41,869 nucleotides of DNA from a virus (taxonomy: Duplodnaviria > Heunggongvirae > Uroviricota > Caudoviricetes). The position numbers and the translations under genes were made by a program. Location: the IMG/VR virus record IMGVR_UViG_2531839449_000046. One strand, written 5' to 3'. The notes below the pieces were generated by a model. It made no database searches, had not been told where the DNA came from, and saw only the letters and a list, made by a program, of their open reading frames with translations. Below, one piece after another: positions 8,337-18,195 of the stretch; within the stretch, counting starts at the first letter, position 1, and each line of letters begins with the position of its first letter.

Positions 8337-9228
8337 CATATCTAATCTAGCCGAAGCCAGAGAGGCCAGAAGGCTACAACAACCGCATCAAAGCAGCGGT
8401 AAGGGGTATGCCTTGCTGCACCGTAAAATTATGGATGTGCCGTTTTACAAGGACGCAGAAGCTGCGCATCTGTGGGTTCACTTAATCCTCAAAGCAAAGC
8501 ATACGCCTGAGTATGTAATGACTGACGCAGGAGAAATTCTGGTAGGCAGAGGGAAGCTACTTGGCGGTAGAAACTCTCTGGCGTTTGAAACAGGACTCAA
8601 ACCAGATCGCGTTCAGTACCTGCTTAGAAAGTTCAAAAAACTCGGCATGATTGACTGGGTTTCACACGGTAAATTCTCAGTTTTCTCGGTAGAGAAATAT
8701 GACGATTATCAGTCAAATTTTGTACCAGCAGATTACCAGCAAATTACCACCTCAAAGCCAGCAATACCAATGCCTGCAAGCAATACTGTACCAGCAGATT
8801 ACCAGCAAATTACCACAGATAAAGAATATAATAATATTATCTCTAATACTGACGTATTAGAGAGTACCGCAGCAGACAAAAAGTCTGACAAGAAAAAACC
8901 TTCCGTTAGCTGTCAGGATGTTGTCGATGCTTACCACGAAATCCTTCCTGAAGCGCCAAAAATCCGCGCACTGAATGACAAGCGTAAAAACCAGATCCGA
9001 ACGTTCTGGCGCAAAGCCGGAGTGATAACCCGCCAGCTTGACGGGCATGGGTTCACGATGCAGGACTGGAGAAATTATTTGAGCTACGTAGGCGAAAATT
9101 GCCGATGGATGTTCGAAGAGCGCCCAAACCATCAGCGCGGAACCGTCTGGCACAAAAAGGGATTTGATTTCCTGCTTAACGACAATACCTACCTGAAAGT
9201 TCGTGAGGGTGAACACGATGACCGATAA
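8329..9228 (+). CDS. replication initiator (O-like) with internal origin
   Basis: 299-aa ORF just upstream of the helicase; duplicated peptide [10 protein letters not shown] encoded by ori-like iterons. Confidence 0.65.
   Translation: MSNISNLAEAREARRLQQPHQSSGKGYALLHRKIMDVPFYKDAEAAHLWVHLILKAKHTPEYVMTDAGEILVGRGKLLGGRNSLAFETGLKPDRVQYLLRKFKKLGMIDWVSHGKFSVFSVEKYDDYQSNFVPADYQQITTSKPAIPMPASNTVPADYQQITTDKEYNNIISNTDVLESTAADKKSDKKKPSVSCQDVVDAYHEILPEAPKIRALNDKRKNQIRTFWRKAGVITRQLDGHGFTMQDWRNYLSYVGENCRWMFEERPNHQRGTVWHKKGFDFLLNDNTYLKVREGEHDDR
8721..8860 (+). repeat. candidate replication origin: iterons plus AT-rich element
   Basis: Perfect 30-bp direct repeat TGTACCAGCAGATTACCAGCAAATTACCAC at 8721-8750 and 8787-8816, followed by ~80% AT tract 8819-8860. 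Confidence 0.5.
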
Positions 9229-10654
9229 TTTTTATGCGCCGCCCCATAGCATCGAGGCAGAGCAGGCGGTGATTGGTGGATTGCTTCTGGATGATGACAG
9301 CAGTGAGCGCGTCCAGAAAGTTCTGGCGATGCTGAAGCCCGATTCATTTTACAGCCGACCACACAAAATCCTTTTCGAAGAAATAACCAGAATGCACCGG
9401 GAGCAAAAGCCAGTAGATGGCCTGACGCTTTTCGATGAACTGGAGCGTAAATCGTTAACGGTGTCTGTTGGCGGTTTTGCTTATATCGCTGAGATCGCAA
9501 AGAACACGCCAAGCGCAGCAAACATCGTTGCCTATGCAATGCAGGTTCGTGAAACCGCAATGGAACGCTACGCCATCAACCGCATGACTGAAGCGACGGA
9601 ATTGCTCTATTCCCGCAACGGAATGACTGCGACGCAGAAGTACGAAGCTATTCAGGCGATTTTCACGCAACTGACAGACCATGCAAAAACCGGATCGCGT
9701 CGCGGCCTTCGCTCATTTGGCGAGGTCATGGAAGACTGGGTTAGCGACCTTGAGAAGCGATTTGACCCATCAGGCGAACAACGGGGAATGAGCACAGGGA
9801 TCCCATCGCTGGACAGGATGCTGTCACCGAAAGGTCTGGTGAAAGGCTCTCTGTTTGTCATTGGCGCTCGCCCTAAGATGGGGAAAACGACGCTATACAG
9901 CCAGATGGCAATCAATTGCGCAGTGCATGAGAAAAAGCCCGCTCTGATGTTCAGCCTTGAAATGCCAGGTGATCAGATACTGGAAAAACTGGTAGGGCAG
10001 AAGTCTGGTGTTAACCCGAATATTTTTTACCTTCCGGCGACAAATGACGCCGATGACGGCTATCAGGGTGATTACGATGGTGACTTCAACAGGGCGATCG
10101 AAACAGCCAATCGCTTGAGTGAAATCGACATGCTTTACATCGACGACACGCCGGGATTATCTCTGGCTCAAATCGTCAGCGAAAGCCGTCGAATCAAGCG
10201 AGAAAAAGGATGTGTTGGCATGATTCTGGTCGATTACCTGACACTAATGACCGCTGAGAAGGCCGATCGCAACGACCTTGCTTACGGCATGATCACCAAA
10301 GGACTGAAGAACCTTGCCAAAGAGCTTGATTGCGTTGTTGTGCTTCTGACGCAACTTAACCGCGCACTGGAAAGCCGAACCAATAAACGCCCATTACCAA
10401 GTGACTCACGAGATACAGGGCAGATTGAACAGGATTGCGATTATTGGGTGGGGATCCATCGTGAAGGTGCTTTTGATGACAGTGTTCCACCTGGTGAAAC
10501 CGAACTAATCCTTCGTCTCAATCGTCATGGCAATACCGGCACGGTGTATTGCATTCAGGCAAATGGCGCTATTTATGACACAGACCAACAGTCTGCTGAA
10601 ATGCGCCGACGTGAACGCGAGGAACCGCAGTCCAAGAAGAAAGGAGGATTCTGA
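9218..10654 (+). CDS. DnaB-family replicative helicase
   Basis: 478 aa from ATG 9218; Walker A GARPKMGKTT; DnaB N-terminal SIEAEQAVIGGLL motif. Confidence 0.8.
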   Translation: MTDNFYAPPHSIEAEQAVIGGLLLDDDSSERVQKVLAMLKPDSFYSRPHKILFEEITRMHREQKPVDGLTLFDELERKSLTVSVGGFAYIAEIAKNTPSAANIVAYAMQVRETAMERYAINRMTEATELLYSRNGMTATQKYEAIQAIFTQLTDHAKTGSRRGLRSFGEVMEDWVSDLEKRFDPSGEQRGMSTGIPSLDRMLSPKGLVKGSLFVIGARPKMGKTTLYSQMAINCAVHEKKPALMFSLEMPGDQILEKLVGQKSGVNPNIFYLPATNDADDGYQGDYDGDFNRAIETANRLSEIDMLYIDDTPGLSLAQIVSESRRIKREKGCVGMILVDYLTLMTAEKADRNDLAYGMITKGLKNLAKELDCVVVLLTQLNRALESRTNKRPLPSDSRDTGQIEQDCDYWVGIHREGAFDDSVPPGETELILRLNRHGNTGTVYCIQANGAIYDTDQQSAEMRRREREEPQSKKKGGF

Positions 10655-10845
10655 TGAATAAAAAACAATTAGCCATTCTCGAAAAGGCATGGGATGCGCA
10701 AATATCATACGCTTTGAAAGAACAGGCACTACCAATAATCCAGACCAAATCGAAAATAGCCAGGCAGTTATGCGATGGCGGATTCCTGAACGAAGTTGAG
10801 ATTACGCGCCAGATGGTAACGTTCAAAGGGTATGAGATAAATCAT
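10654..10845 (+). pseudogene. 5' part of a small nin-region gene interrupted by IS629
   Basis: ORF runs 3 nt into the IS end and stops there (listed in ORF track as 10654..10848); start overlaps the helicase stop (TGATG). Confidence 0.5.
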
Positions 10846-10887
10846 TGAACCGCCCCGGGTTTCCTGGAGAGTGTTTTATCTGTGAAC

Positions 10888-11778
10888 TCAGGCTGCCAGA
10901 TCATCGTTTCCGATGGAAGCATAATAAGCTTTTTCTGCTTCTGCCGGAGGAGTATGGCCCAGCCTTCCCAGCAATCGTCGATTGTTATACCAGTCCACCC
11001 ACGTTAGTGTGGCCAGTTCCACTTCTGCACGGTTTTTCCAGCTCTTACGGTGTATTACCTCCGCTTTGTAAAGACCATTGATGCTCTCAGCCATCGCGTT
11101 GTCATACGAGTCGCCTGTACTCCCTGTTGATGCCAGTAATCCGGCTTCTTTTAGTCGCTCCGTATAGGCCAGTGACACATACTGAGAGCCTTTATCGCTG
11201 TGATGGATGGTGCCAGACGGACGACGGGCCCACAACGCCTGCTCCAGCGCATCCAGCACGAATGTCGTTTCCATAGACGATGAGACCCGCCACCCCACGA
11301 TGTATCCGGCAAACACATCAATGATAAACGCCACATAGACGAAGCCCTGCCATGTGCTGACGTAAGTAAAATCAGCCACCCACAGCTGGTCAGGTCGTTC
11401 TGCCACGAACTGACGGTTTACGCGGTCGCCTGCGGCAACGGCTTTCCGGCTGATGGTCGTACGGACCTTTTTACCCCGGAGAACACCGGCAAGTCCCATA
11501 ACCGCCATGAGACGTGCCACTGTACATCTGGCCACCCTGATTCCTTCCCGTAACAACTGACGCCAGACTTTACGCACACCGTACACCTGATGATTTTCAT
11601 CGTATACGCGCTGTATCTCTCTCTTCAGCCAGTCGTCGTGCTGCGCACGGGCACTGCGTTTATCCGGATGATGTCGCTGTTGCTGACAATGGTAATACGT
11701 TGACGGGGCAATATGCAGTTCGCTGCATACCGGTCCGACCCCGTACTGCTCACGCAGCTTATCCAGCAGTGGCATCAT
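10888..11778 (-). CDS. IS3-family transposase OrfB (DDE integrase domain)
   Basis: 296 aa; overlaps orfA by 4 nt at an A-run typical of IS3-family frameshift windows. Confidence 0.85.
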   Translation of the reverse strand: MMPLLDKLREQYGVGPVCSELHIAPSTYYHCQQQRHHPDKRSARAQHDDWLKREIQRVYDENHQVYGVRKVWRQLLREGIRVARCTVARLMAVMGLAGVLRGKKVRTTISRKAVAAGDRVNRQFVAERPDQLWVADFTYVSTWQGFVYVAFIIDVFAGYIVGWRVSSSMETTFVLDALEQALWARRPSGTIHHSDKGSQYVSLAYTERLKEAGLLASTGSTGDSYDNAMAESINGLYKAEVIHRKSWKNRAEVELATLTWVDWYNNRRLLGRLGHTPPAEAEKAYYASIGNDDLAA

Positions 11779-12101
11779 TTTTTCCAGAGGCGGTCGAACT
11801 CCGCCTTCGCAAAATAAGCGGAAGCCTGGCGAAGGATATCGTTACTGCGGCGCAGTTCACGATTTTCACGTTCCAGCTCTTTCAGACGCTGACGTTCAGC
11901 GCTGGTGAGCCCACCATCACCGCCCCCGGTATCCCGCTCATGCTGGCGAACCCAGACACGCAGAGTCTCCGGCGTACAGCCAATCTTTGGGGCAATGGAA
12001 CAAATTGCCGCCCACTGTGAGTCATATTCATCCTGACTTTCCAGAACCATACGAATCGCCCGCTGACGGACTTCGGGGGAAAAACGAGTATTTTTAGTCA
12101 T
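11775..12101 (-). CDS. IS3-family transposase OrfA (HTH)
   Basis: 108 aa [23 protein letters not shown]..., leucine-zipper-like C-terminus. Confidence 0.85.
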   Translation of the reverse strand: MTKNTRFSPEVRQRAIRMVLESQDEYDSQWAAICSIAPKIGCTPETLRVWVRQHERDTGGGDGGLTSAERQRLKELERENRELRRSNDILRQASAYFAKAEFDRLWKK

Positions 12102-12159
12102 CCTGTTTACCTCTTTCTCAGGGAGTTTAGTCTCCAGGATTTCCGGGGCGGTTCATCAT

Positions 12160-12237
12160 CATGGTATAGCGGCGTATTGCTCCCATCTTCCTGATGACGT
12201 TGACATTGATGAAATGGAAAGGGAGATGAAGCAATGA
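12160..12237 (+). pseudogene. 3' remnant of the IS-interrupted nin-region gene
   Basis: With one TCAT copy removed the left ORF continues in frame 25 codons (HGIAAYCSHLPDDVDIDEMEREMKQ) to TGA 12235-12237; tentative. Confidence 0.4.
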
Positions 12238-12262
12238 CCATCTACATCACTGAGTTAATAAC

Positions 12263-12293
12263 AGGCCTGCTGTAATCGCAGGCCTTTTTATTT
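12263..12293 (+). terminator. intrinsic terminator
   Basis: Perfect stem AGGCCTGC/GCAGGCCT, loop TGTAATC, then TTTTTATTT. Confidence 0.6.
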
Positions 12294-12306
12294 GGGGGAG
12301 AGGGAA

Positions 12307-12585
12307 GTGAACGATAGCTACCGACAGTTTGAAAACTGGTGGTCAAAAGACAAAAGCCAGTTCACGGGAGACGATGAATTAAAAGAGTTTGCCTGGGTGA
12401 TATGGCAGGCATCGCGCTCTGCTATTGAACTGGATATCGACTGGCCCGAATCGAATGACGACCTTTGGAAAGATGGTGAAGAAGGTGCTTATGCGATGGG
12501 TTATGAGGATGGGCGTGACAAAACGGTAATTGCAGTAATGAAAGCCATCAGGGCCGCAGGAATCAAAGAAAAGAATTTCGATTAA
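12307..12585 (+). CDS. hypothetical acidic nin-region protein
   Basis: Probable GTG start 12307 after GGAGAGGGAA; 92 aa. Confidence 0.45.
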   Translation: MNDSYRQFENWWSKDKSQFTGDDELKEFAWVIWQASRSAIELDIDWPESNDDLWKDGEEGAYAMGYEDGRDKTVIAVMKAIRAAGIKEKNFD

Positions 12586-12717
12586 GCAAATATCATTTCA
12601 ATAAATCGCTTTTAAGGCATCACAATCGCTCTGTGGTGAGGTAAGCACGTGCAAGGTATACCGATAAGCAGCGAGAATGAAAAATGCGTCAGAATGCGTT
12701 TGAGGAGGTTTTAAGAA

Positions 12718-12933
12718 ATGAGTACGATAGCTGAGCTTGTCAGGGCTAATTTTCGTGAAGAGTTGGTGCGTTGGTATCGGTATCGTTCATCGTCCAGTTT
12801 GCCGCTTGATGAGTTGTATGAGCATTCACCTGCCGCACGACGCTATCCGCGTGACCGTGTTCTTCGACGGTTGTTCAAACTCAACAATGAGTTTCAGCGC
12901 AACAGAATTATCCGGAGTCTGGATTTTAAGTGA
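12718..12933 (+). CDS. hypothetical basic protein
   Basis: 71-aa ORF, GGAGG 9 nt upstream of ATG. Confidence 0.4.
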   Translation: MSTIAELVRANFREELVRWYRYRSSSSLPLDELYEHSPAARRYPRDRVLRRLFKLNNEFQRNRIIRSLDFK

Positions 12934-12944
12934 AGGAGTGAGCA

Positions 12945-13180
12945 TGAGCGACCTATCATTAACCCAGCCAAAGCTAAAAGAATGTCCGTTTTGCGGCGGT
13001 AATGCTCGTCTGTGGGTTGAGGCCGGAATAAATATTGATGTGTGGGGCTATGCAGAATGTGACCTCTGTGAAGCCAGGGTGGCATGGGCACCATCAGTTG
13101 CTGCGGCTACTGAAAAATGGAACCGGAGAGCAGGAGATGAAGCAAACCTTTCTGCTTCGCAACGAAGCAATCAGAAATAA
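12945..13180 (+). CDS. Lar-like restriction-alleviation zinc-ribbon protein
   Basis: ATG 12945 after AAGGAG; ECPFCGG...C..C motif recalled from Lar-family proteins. Confidence 0.5.
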
Positions 13181-13583
13181 CGCCATAGACGCCATTCTCT
13201 CACTACCCATCGACGACAAGTCACCCCACGAAGTCCACGTTAAAGAACCCAAGCGCAGCAAAGCGCAGAATGACCGCATGTGGCCGATGCTGAACGATGT
13301 TTCGCGTCAGGTTCTATGGCATGGTCAACGGCTGGCGCCGGAAGACTGGAAAGACCTGTTCACTGCCCTGTGGCTTAAGACCAAAAAACTGGAGCAAAGA
13401 AGTGCGCCTGGTATCGACGGTGGCGTTGTCATGCTTGGCGTGCGTACCAGCAAAATGCGAAAGGCCAGCATGACTGAGCTTATCGAAATCATGTTCTGGT
13501 TCGGCTCAGAGCGCAACGTGCGGTGGAGTGATGACTCCCGGCGAGAGTATGAATGGTCACAACGAAAAGGGAAGGCTGCATGA
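13137..13583 (+). CDS. ninB: NinB recombination protein
   Basis: 148 aa from ATG 13137; VSRQV.WHG...WSD motifs parallel recalled lambda NinB. Confidence 0.75.
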   Translation: MKQTFLLRNEAIRNNAIDAILSLPIDDKSPHEVHVKEPKRSKAQNDRMWPMLNDVSRQVLWHGQRLAPEDWKDLFTALWLKTKKLEQRSAPGIDGGVVMLGVRTSKMRKASMTELIEIMFWFGSERNVRWSDDSRREYEWSQRKGKAA

Positions 13584-14107
13584 CTATCAAATCAAATACG
13601 CCAGCACACGACAAGGACTGCTGGCAAACGCCGCTCTGGCTTTTTGATGCGCTGGATATTGAGTTTGGATTCTGGCTGGATTCAGCTGCGAGCGACAAAA
13701 ACGCTCTGTGCGCTCACTGGCTAACTGAGGCTGACGACGCGCTAAATTCTGAGTGGATAAGCCACGGTGCAATCTGGAATAACCCACCGTACAGCAATAT
13801 CAGGCCGTGGGTGGAAAAAGCCGCTGAGCAGTGCATACAACAGCGACAGACGGTAGTTATGCTTGTGCCAGAGGATATGTCAGTCGGATGGTTCAGCAAG
13901 GCTCTGGAGAGTGTCGACGAAGTTCGCATTATCACTGATGGACGGATTAATTTTATCGAACCATCGACAGGGCTGGAGAAGAAGGGAAACAGTAAAGGCT
14001 CCATGCTGCTGATTTGGCGACCGTTCATCAGTCCTCGACGGATGTTTACTACCGTATCCAAAGCGGCATTGATGGCGATCGGGCGGGGCGTCAGGAGGGC
14101 GGCATGA
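13580..14107 (+). CDS. dam: phage orphan DNA N6-adenine methyltransferase
   Basis: ATG 13580 overlapping ninB stop; catalytic NPPY (IWNNPPYS); no adjacent restriction gene. Confidence 0.75.
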   Translation: MTIKSNTPAHDKDCWQTPLWLFDALDIEFGFWLDSAASDKNALCAHWLTEADDALNSEWISHGAIWNNPPYSNIRPWVEKAAEQCIQQRQTVVMLVPEDMSVGWFSKALESVDEVRIITDGRINFIEPSTGLEKKGNSKGSMLLIWRPFISPRRMFTTVSKAALMAIGRGVRRAA

Positions 14108-14286
14108 GACGACAGCGACGAAGTATCACCGACATCATCTGCGAAAACTGCAAATACCTTCCAACGAAGCGATCCAGAAATAAACGCAAGCCAATCCCAA
14201 AAGAATCTGACGTAAAAACCTTCAACTACACGGCTCACCTGTGGGATATCCGGTGGCTAAGACATCGTGCGAGGAATACAAGGTGA
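14104..14286 (+). CDS. ninE: NinE
   Basis: 60 aa [27 protein letters not shown]... matches recalled lambda NinE. Confidence 0.7.
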   Translation: MRRQRRSITDIICENCKYLPTKRSRNKRKPIPKESDVKTFNYTAHLWDIRWLRHRARNTR

Positions 14287-14453
14287 TTGACCCAAATCGA
14301 AGTTACGAACAAGAAAGCGTCGAGCGAGCTTTAACGTGCGCTAACTGCGGTCAGAAGCTGCATGTGCTGGAAGTTCACGTGTGCTCCGATTGCTGCGCAG
14401 AACTGATGAGCGATCCGAATAGCTCAATGTACGAGGAAGAAGACGATGGCTAA
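14283..14453 (+). CDS. ninF: NinF
   Basis: GTG start overlapping ninE stop; ...[30 protein letters not shown]... resembles recalled NinF. Confidence 0.6.
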   Translation: MIDPNRSYEQESVERALTCANCGQKLHVLEVHVCSDCCAELMSDPNSSMYEEEDDG

Positions 14454-15012
14454 ACCAGCGCGAAGACGATGTAACCGTAAAAGAGAAGATTTAACTGTTA
14501 AAAGGATATTTGAGTTACTAAGTTTCGATAAATCTACCGGGGTATTTAGATGGAAAGTTCCCACTCAGGGAAGGATAGCATTAAATAGTGTTGCTGGAAC
14601 TTTTGATTCCAACGGTTATTCAATGATCATGATAGATGGGCGTAGATATAAAACTCACGTCTTAGTTTTTTACATAACTCATAATCGTTGGCCTGCTGGT
14701 CAAATTGACCACGTTAATGGAATTAGGACCGACAATAGGCCAGAAAATTTAAGAGAATGCCTGCCAATAGAAAATTCAAGAAATATAAGGATCCGAAAGA
14801 ATAGCAAATCAGGTTGCAGAGGGGTTACTTGGCACAAACGACAGAAAAAATGGAATGTTAGGCTAGGATTCCATGGCAAGAGTAAACACTTCGGATGCTT
14901 TGATGATCTGGAGTTAGCGGTACTAGTTGCTGAAGAAGCCCGAGATAAGTATTACGGTGATTTTTCCGGCAACGAAAGGAGCACTTATGCGAATCTATCG
15001 AAGGAAATGTAA
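14446..15012 (+). CDS. HNH endonuclease with AP2 DNA-binding domain
   Basis: AT-rich; HNH motif [18 protein letters not shown]2-like [37 protein letters not shown]. Confidence 0.7.
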   Translation: MAKPARRRCNRKREDLTVKRIFELLSFDKSTGVFRWKVPTQGRIALNSVAGTFDSNGYSMIMIDGRRYKTHVLVFYITHNRWPAGQIDHVNGIRTDNRPENLRECLPIENSRNIRIRKNSKSGCRGVTWHKRQKKWNVRLGFHGKSKHFGCFDDLELAVLVAEEARDKYYGDFSGNERSTYANLSKEM

Positions 15013-15589
15013 ATGTTGCAATGAATGGTTTATACCAAAATATCAAAATCAATATTGGTGTAATGAGATTTGTGGAACCAAGATAGCACTCGAACGACGA
15101 AGCAAAGAACGCGAAAAAGCGGAAAAAGCAGCAGAGAAGAAACGACGACGAGAGGAGCAGAAACAGAAAGATAAACTTAAGATTCGAAAACTCGCCTTAA
15201 AGCCCCGCAGTTACTGGATTAAACAAGCCCAACAAGCCGTAAACGCCTTCATCAGAGAAAGAGACCGCGACTTACCATGTATCTCGTGCGGAACGCTCAC
15301 GTCTGCTCAGTGGGATGCCGGACATTACCGGACAACTGCTGCGGCACCTCAACTCCGATTTGATGAACGCAATATTCACAAGCAATGCGTGGTGTGCAAC
15401 CAGCACAAAAGCGGAAATCTCGTTCCGTATCGCGTCGAACTGATTAACCGCATCGGGCAGGAAGCAGTAGACGAAATCGAATCAAACCATAGCCGCCATC
15501 GCTGGACTGTCGAAGAGTGCAAGGCGATCAAGGCAGAGTACCAACAGAAACTCAAAGACCTGCGAAATAGCAGAAGTGAGGCCGCATGA
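14987..15589 (+). CDS. ninG: NinG (Rap) recombination-associated protein
   Basis: From ATG 14987 after AAGGAG; ...[35 protein letters not shown]... matches recalled lambda NinG. Confidence 0.75.
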   Translation: MRIYRRKCKCCNEWFIPKYQNQYWCNEICGTKIALERRSKEREKAEKAAEKKRRREEQKQKDKLKIRKLALKPRSYWIKQAQQAVNAFIRERDRDLPCISCGTLTSAQWDAGHYRTTAAAPQLRFDERNIHKQCVVCNQHKSGNLVPYRVELINRIGQEAVDEIESNHSRHRWTVEECKAIKAEYQQKLKDLRNSRSEAA

Positions 15590-15792
15590 CGTTCTCAGTA
15601 AAAACCATTCCAGACATGCTCGTTGAAGCATACGGAAACCAGACAGAAGTAGCACGCAGACTGAAATGTAGTCGCGGTACGGTCAGAAAATACGTTGATG
15701 ATAAAGACGGGAAAATGCACGCCATCGTCAACGACGTTCTCATGGTTCATCGCGGATGGAGTGAAAGAGATGCGCTATTACGAAAAAATTGA
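15586..15792 (+). CDS. ninH: NinH
   Basis: 68 aa [37 protein letters not shown]... matches recalled lambda NinH. Confidence 0.7.
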   Translation: MTFSVKTIPDMLVEAYGNQTEVARRLKCSRGTVRKYVDDKDGKMHAIVNDVLMVHRGWSERDALLRKN

Positions 15793-16441
15793 TGGCAGCA
15801 AATACCGAAATATTTGGGTAGTTGGCGATCTGCACGGATGCTACACGAACCTGATGAAAAAACTGGAGACGATAGGATTCGACACCAAAAAAGACCTGCT
15901 TATCTCGGTGGGCGATTTGGTTGATCGCGGTACAGAGAACGTCGAATGTCTGGAATTAATCACATTCCCCTGGTTCAGAGCTGTACGTGGAAACCATGAG
16001 CAAATGATGATTGATGGCTTATCAGAGCGTGGAAACGTCAATCACTGGCTGCTTAATGGCGGTGGCTGGTTCTTTAATCTCGATTACGACAAAGAAATTC
16101 TGGCTAAAGCTCTTGCCCATAAAGCAGAAGAACTTCCGTTAATCATCGAACTGGTGAGCAAAGATAAAAAATATGTTATCTGCCACGCCGATTATCCCTT
16201 TGACGAATACGAGTTTGGAAAGCCAGTTGATCATCAGCAGGTAATCTGGAACCGCAAACGAATCAGCAACTCACAAGACGGGATCGTGAAAGAAATTAAA
16301 GGCGCGGACACGTTCATCTTTGGTCATACGCCAGCAGTGAAACCACTCAAATTTGCCAACCAGATGTATATCGATACCGGCGCAGTGTTCTGCGGAAATC
16401 TCACATTGATTCAGGTACAGGGAGAAGGCGCGTGGGCATAA
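15770..16441 (+). CDS. ninI: Ser/Thr protein phosphatase (lambda PPase type)
   Basis: Metallophosphatase motifs GDLHG, GDLVDRG, GNHE; start ATG 15770. Confidence 0.8.
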   Translation: MRYYEKIDGSKYRNIWVVGDLHGCYTNLMKKLETIGFDTKKDLLISVGDLVDRGTENVECLELITFPWFRAVRGNHEQMMIDGLSERGNVNHWLLNGGGWFFNLDYDKEILAKALAHKAEELPLIIELVSKDKKYVICHADYPFDEYEFGKPVDHQQVIWNRKRISNSQDGIVKEIKGADTFIFGHTPAVKPLKFANQMYIDTGAVFCGNLTLIQVQGEGAWA

Positions 16442-16950
16442 GAGAACTAAACCTCACCAAAGAACAGCATGAGTGGCTGAATGGCTGGCTTGAACTGTGG
16501 GGCGCATGGGTTTATTCAGGTCGTCTGGAAAAGCGTATGAGCAGCGTAATAGCGAAGTTCATGGAGAGCGTAGAGCCGGGAAGAGTTATGACAAGGCCAA
16601 TGTGTAATGATGATGATGGAATGTTGATTTCTCAGGTCGTCGATTCCGTCATGTACATTGACAAGAGAGCCTTTGGCATCCTCCTCAGCTACTACGCTCA
16701 TGGTTCATCTAAGCGAGCAATTGCATCCTACTATCACGCGACTGCAAAGCCACGCAAGATGTGTGGGCGTAGTGGCGAGGGATGGAGAAAACCTTCAATG
16801 GCAACCTGTAGAAACGAAATTGACGACATCCTGAAAGCGTCGTTATTTGTTTTGTACCAGCCAATGCAAAATGCTTTCAAAATGCGTAAACGTGTTGAGA
16901 AAGTTAAGCATGTTGCTGTTAAAAGCCTTGACATGCAATTATCCATTTAG
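16432..16950 (+). CDS. Q: late-gene antiterminator Q (non-lambda type)
   Basis: 172-aa ORF directly upstream of a sigma70-like promoter, tRNAs and lysis cassette; call is positional. Confidence 0.5.
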   Translation: MGIRELNLTKEQHEWLNGWLELWGAWVYSGRLEKRMSSVIAKFMESVEPGRVMTRPMCNDDDGMLISQVVDSVMYIDKRAFGILLSYYAHGSSKRAIASYYHATAKPRKMCGRSGEGWRKPSMATCRNEIDDILKASLFVLYQPMQNAFKMRKRVEKVKHVAVKSLDMQLSI

Positions 16951-16957
16951 CCATAAT
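16928..16957 (+). promoter_or_regulatory. candidate late promoter pR'
   Basis: TTGACA (16928-16933), 18-nt spacer, CATAAT (16952-16957) at the 3' end of Q. Confidence 0.4.
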
Positions 16958-16971
16958 TAGAAGGTAAGCTG

Positions 16972-17010
16972 CCGTTAGTGACTCTTAAGTTGCAACGGTG
17001 GCTTTTTTTA
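16972..17010 (+). terminator. terminator-like hairpin with T7 tract just after pR'
   Basis: Imperfect stem GCCGTT...AACGGTGGC followed by TTTTTTTATTT. Confidence 0.35.
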
Positions 17011-17013
17011 TTT

Positions 17014-17088
17014 GGGTCAGTCGTATAAAGGTCATTACGGAAGGCTGTTAACCTTCTTATCGTGGTTCGAGTCCACGCTGTCCCGCCA
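17014..17088 (+). tRNA. tRNA-like gene, anticodon GTT (Asn) by manual folding
   Basis: Cloverleaf with T-arm CGTGG-TTCGAGT-CCACG, anticodon arm GAAGG-CTGTTAA-CCTTC, encoded CCA; one acceptor and one D-stem mismatch. Confidence 0.45.
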
Positions 17089-17093
17089 AATAT

Positions 17094-17169
17094 GCTGGTT
17101 TAGCTCCAATGGTAGAGCAGTCGCCTTGTAAGCGAATGGGTAGCGGTTCAAGTCCGTTAACCAGCACCA
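17094..17169 (+). tRNA. tRNA gene, anticodon TGT (Thr) by manual folding
   Basis: 76 nt; perfect 7-bp acceptor stem, D-arm GCTC-CAATGGTA-GAGC, anticodon loop CTTGTAA, T-loop TTCAAGT, encoded CCA. Confidence 0.6.
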
Positions 17170-17256
17170 TAACTGAGCCGTAGCCACTGGCTATCCTGAA
17201 CTCATCAGTGATAGTTACGCTGCGGCCTTCTACACATGATCTTCGTGAAAGCGGGT

Positions 17257-17293
17257 GGCAGGAGGCTGCGCTAACAACCTCCTGCCGTTTTGC
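17257..17293 (+). terminator. intrinsic terminator upstream of the lysis cassette (tR'-like)
   Basis: Perfect 9-bp stem GGCAGGAGG/CCTCCTGCC, 12-nt loop, then GTTTTG. Confidence 0.5.
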
Positions 17294-17411
17294 CCGTGCA
17301 TATCGGTCACGAACAAATCTGATTACTAAACACAGTAGCCTGGATTTGTTCTATCAGTAATCGACCTTATTCCTAATTAAATAGAGCAAATCCCCTTATT
17401 GGGGGTAAGAC

Positions 17412-17735
17412 ATGAAGATGCCAGAAAAACATGACCTGTTAGCCGCCATTCTCGCGGCAAAGGAACAAGGCATCGGGGCAATCCTTGCGTTTGCAATGGC
17501 GTACCTTCGCGGCAGATATAATGGCGGTGCGTTTACAAAAACAGTAATCGACGCAACGATGTGCGCCATTATCGCCTGGTTCATTCGTGACCTTCTCGAC
17601 TTCGCCGGACTAAGTAGCAATCTCGCTTATATAACGAGCGTGTTCATCGGCTACATCGGTACTGACTCGATTGGTTCGCTTATCAAACGCTTCGCTGCTA
17701 AAAAAGCCGGAGTAGAAGATGGTGGAAATCAATAA
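17412..17735 (+). CDS. S: class I holin (lambda S type, dual start)
   Basis: 107 aa [43 protein letters not shown]... near-identical to recalled lambda S. Confidence 0.85.
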   Translation: MKMPEKHDLLAAILAAKEQGIGAILAFAMAYLRGRYNGGAFTKTVIDATMCAIIAWFIRDLLDFAGLSSNLAYITSVFIGYIGTDSIGSLIKRFAAKKAGVEDGGNQ

Positions 17736-18195
17736 TCAACGTAAGGCGTTCCTCGATATGCTGGCGTGGTCGGAGGGAACTGATAACGGACGTCAGAAAA
17801 CCAGAAATCATGGTTATGACGTCATTGTAGGCGGAGAGCTATTTACCGATTACTCCGATCACCCTCGCAAACTGGTCACGCTAAACCCAAAACTCAAATC
17901 AACAGCCGCTGGACGTTACCAGCTTCTTTCCCGTTGGTGGGATGTCTACCGTAATCAGCTTGGCCTGAAAGACTTCTCTCCAAAAAGCCAGGACGCTGTT
18001 GCGCTGCAGCAGATTAAGGAGCGTGGCGCTTTACCGATGATTGATCGCGGTGATATTCGTCAGGCAATTGACCGTTGCAGCAATATCTGGGCTTCACTGC
18101 CGGGCGCTGGTTATGGTCAGTTCGAGCATAAGGCTGACAACCTGATTGCAAAATTCAAAGAAGCAGGCGGAACGGTCAGAGAGATTGAGGTATGA
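17719..18195 (+). CDS. R: endolysin (lambda R lytic transglycosylase type)
   Basis: 158 aa [35 protein letters not shown]... matches recalled lambda R. Confidence 0.8.
   Translation: MVEINNQRKAFLDMLAWSEGTDNGRQKTRNHGYDVIVGGELFTDYSDHPRKLVTLNPKLKSTAAGRYQLLSRWWDVYRNQLGLKDFSPKSQDAVALQQIKERGALPMIDRGDIRQAIDRCSNIWASLPGAGYGQFEHKADNLIAKFKEAGGTVREIEV

Larger units (their letters stand above)
10846..12155 (-). mobile_element. IS629-like insertion sequence (IS3 family), copy 1
   Basis: 1310 bp; ends TGAACCGCCCCGG...; orfA/orfB match recalled IS629; flanked by direct TCAT (10842-10845, 12156-12159). Confidence 0.85.

Noticed and set aside
8721..8816. Possibility that the 30-bp direct repeats are a CRISPR array
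   Set aside because: Only two copies, internal to a coding region, followed by an AT-rich tract and a helicase gene; fits origin iterons, not CRISPR.
8857..9915. Minus-strand ORFs 8857..9216, 9189..9560, 9455..9682 and 9652..9915
   Set aside because: Antisense within the replication initiator and helicase genes; GC-rich shadow ORFs.
11151..12020. Internal ORFs of IS copy 1 (11151..11336, 11418..11600, 11700..12020) and their mirror images in copy 2
   Set aside because: Alternative-frame ORFs inside the transposase genes; the orfA/orfB architecture accounts for the element.
17175..17256. Search for a third tRNA between the Thr-like tRNA and the terminator
   Set aside because: No T-arm GGTTCGA-type motif or acceptor pairing found; region left unannotated.
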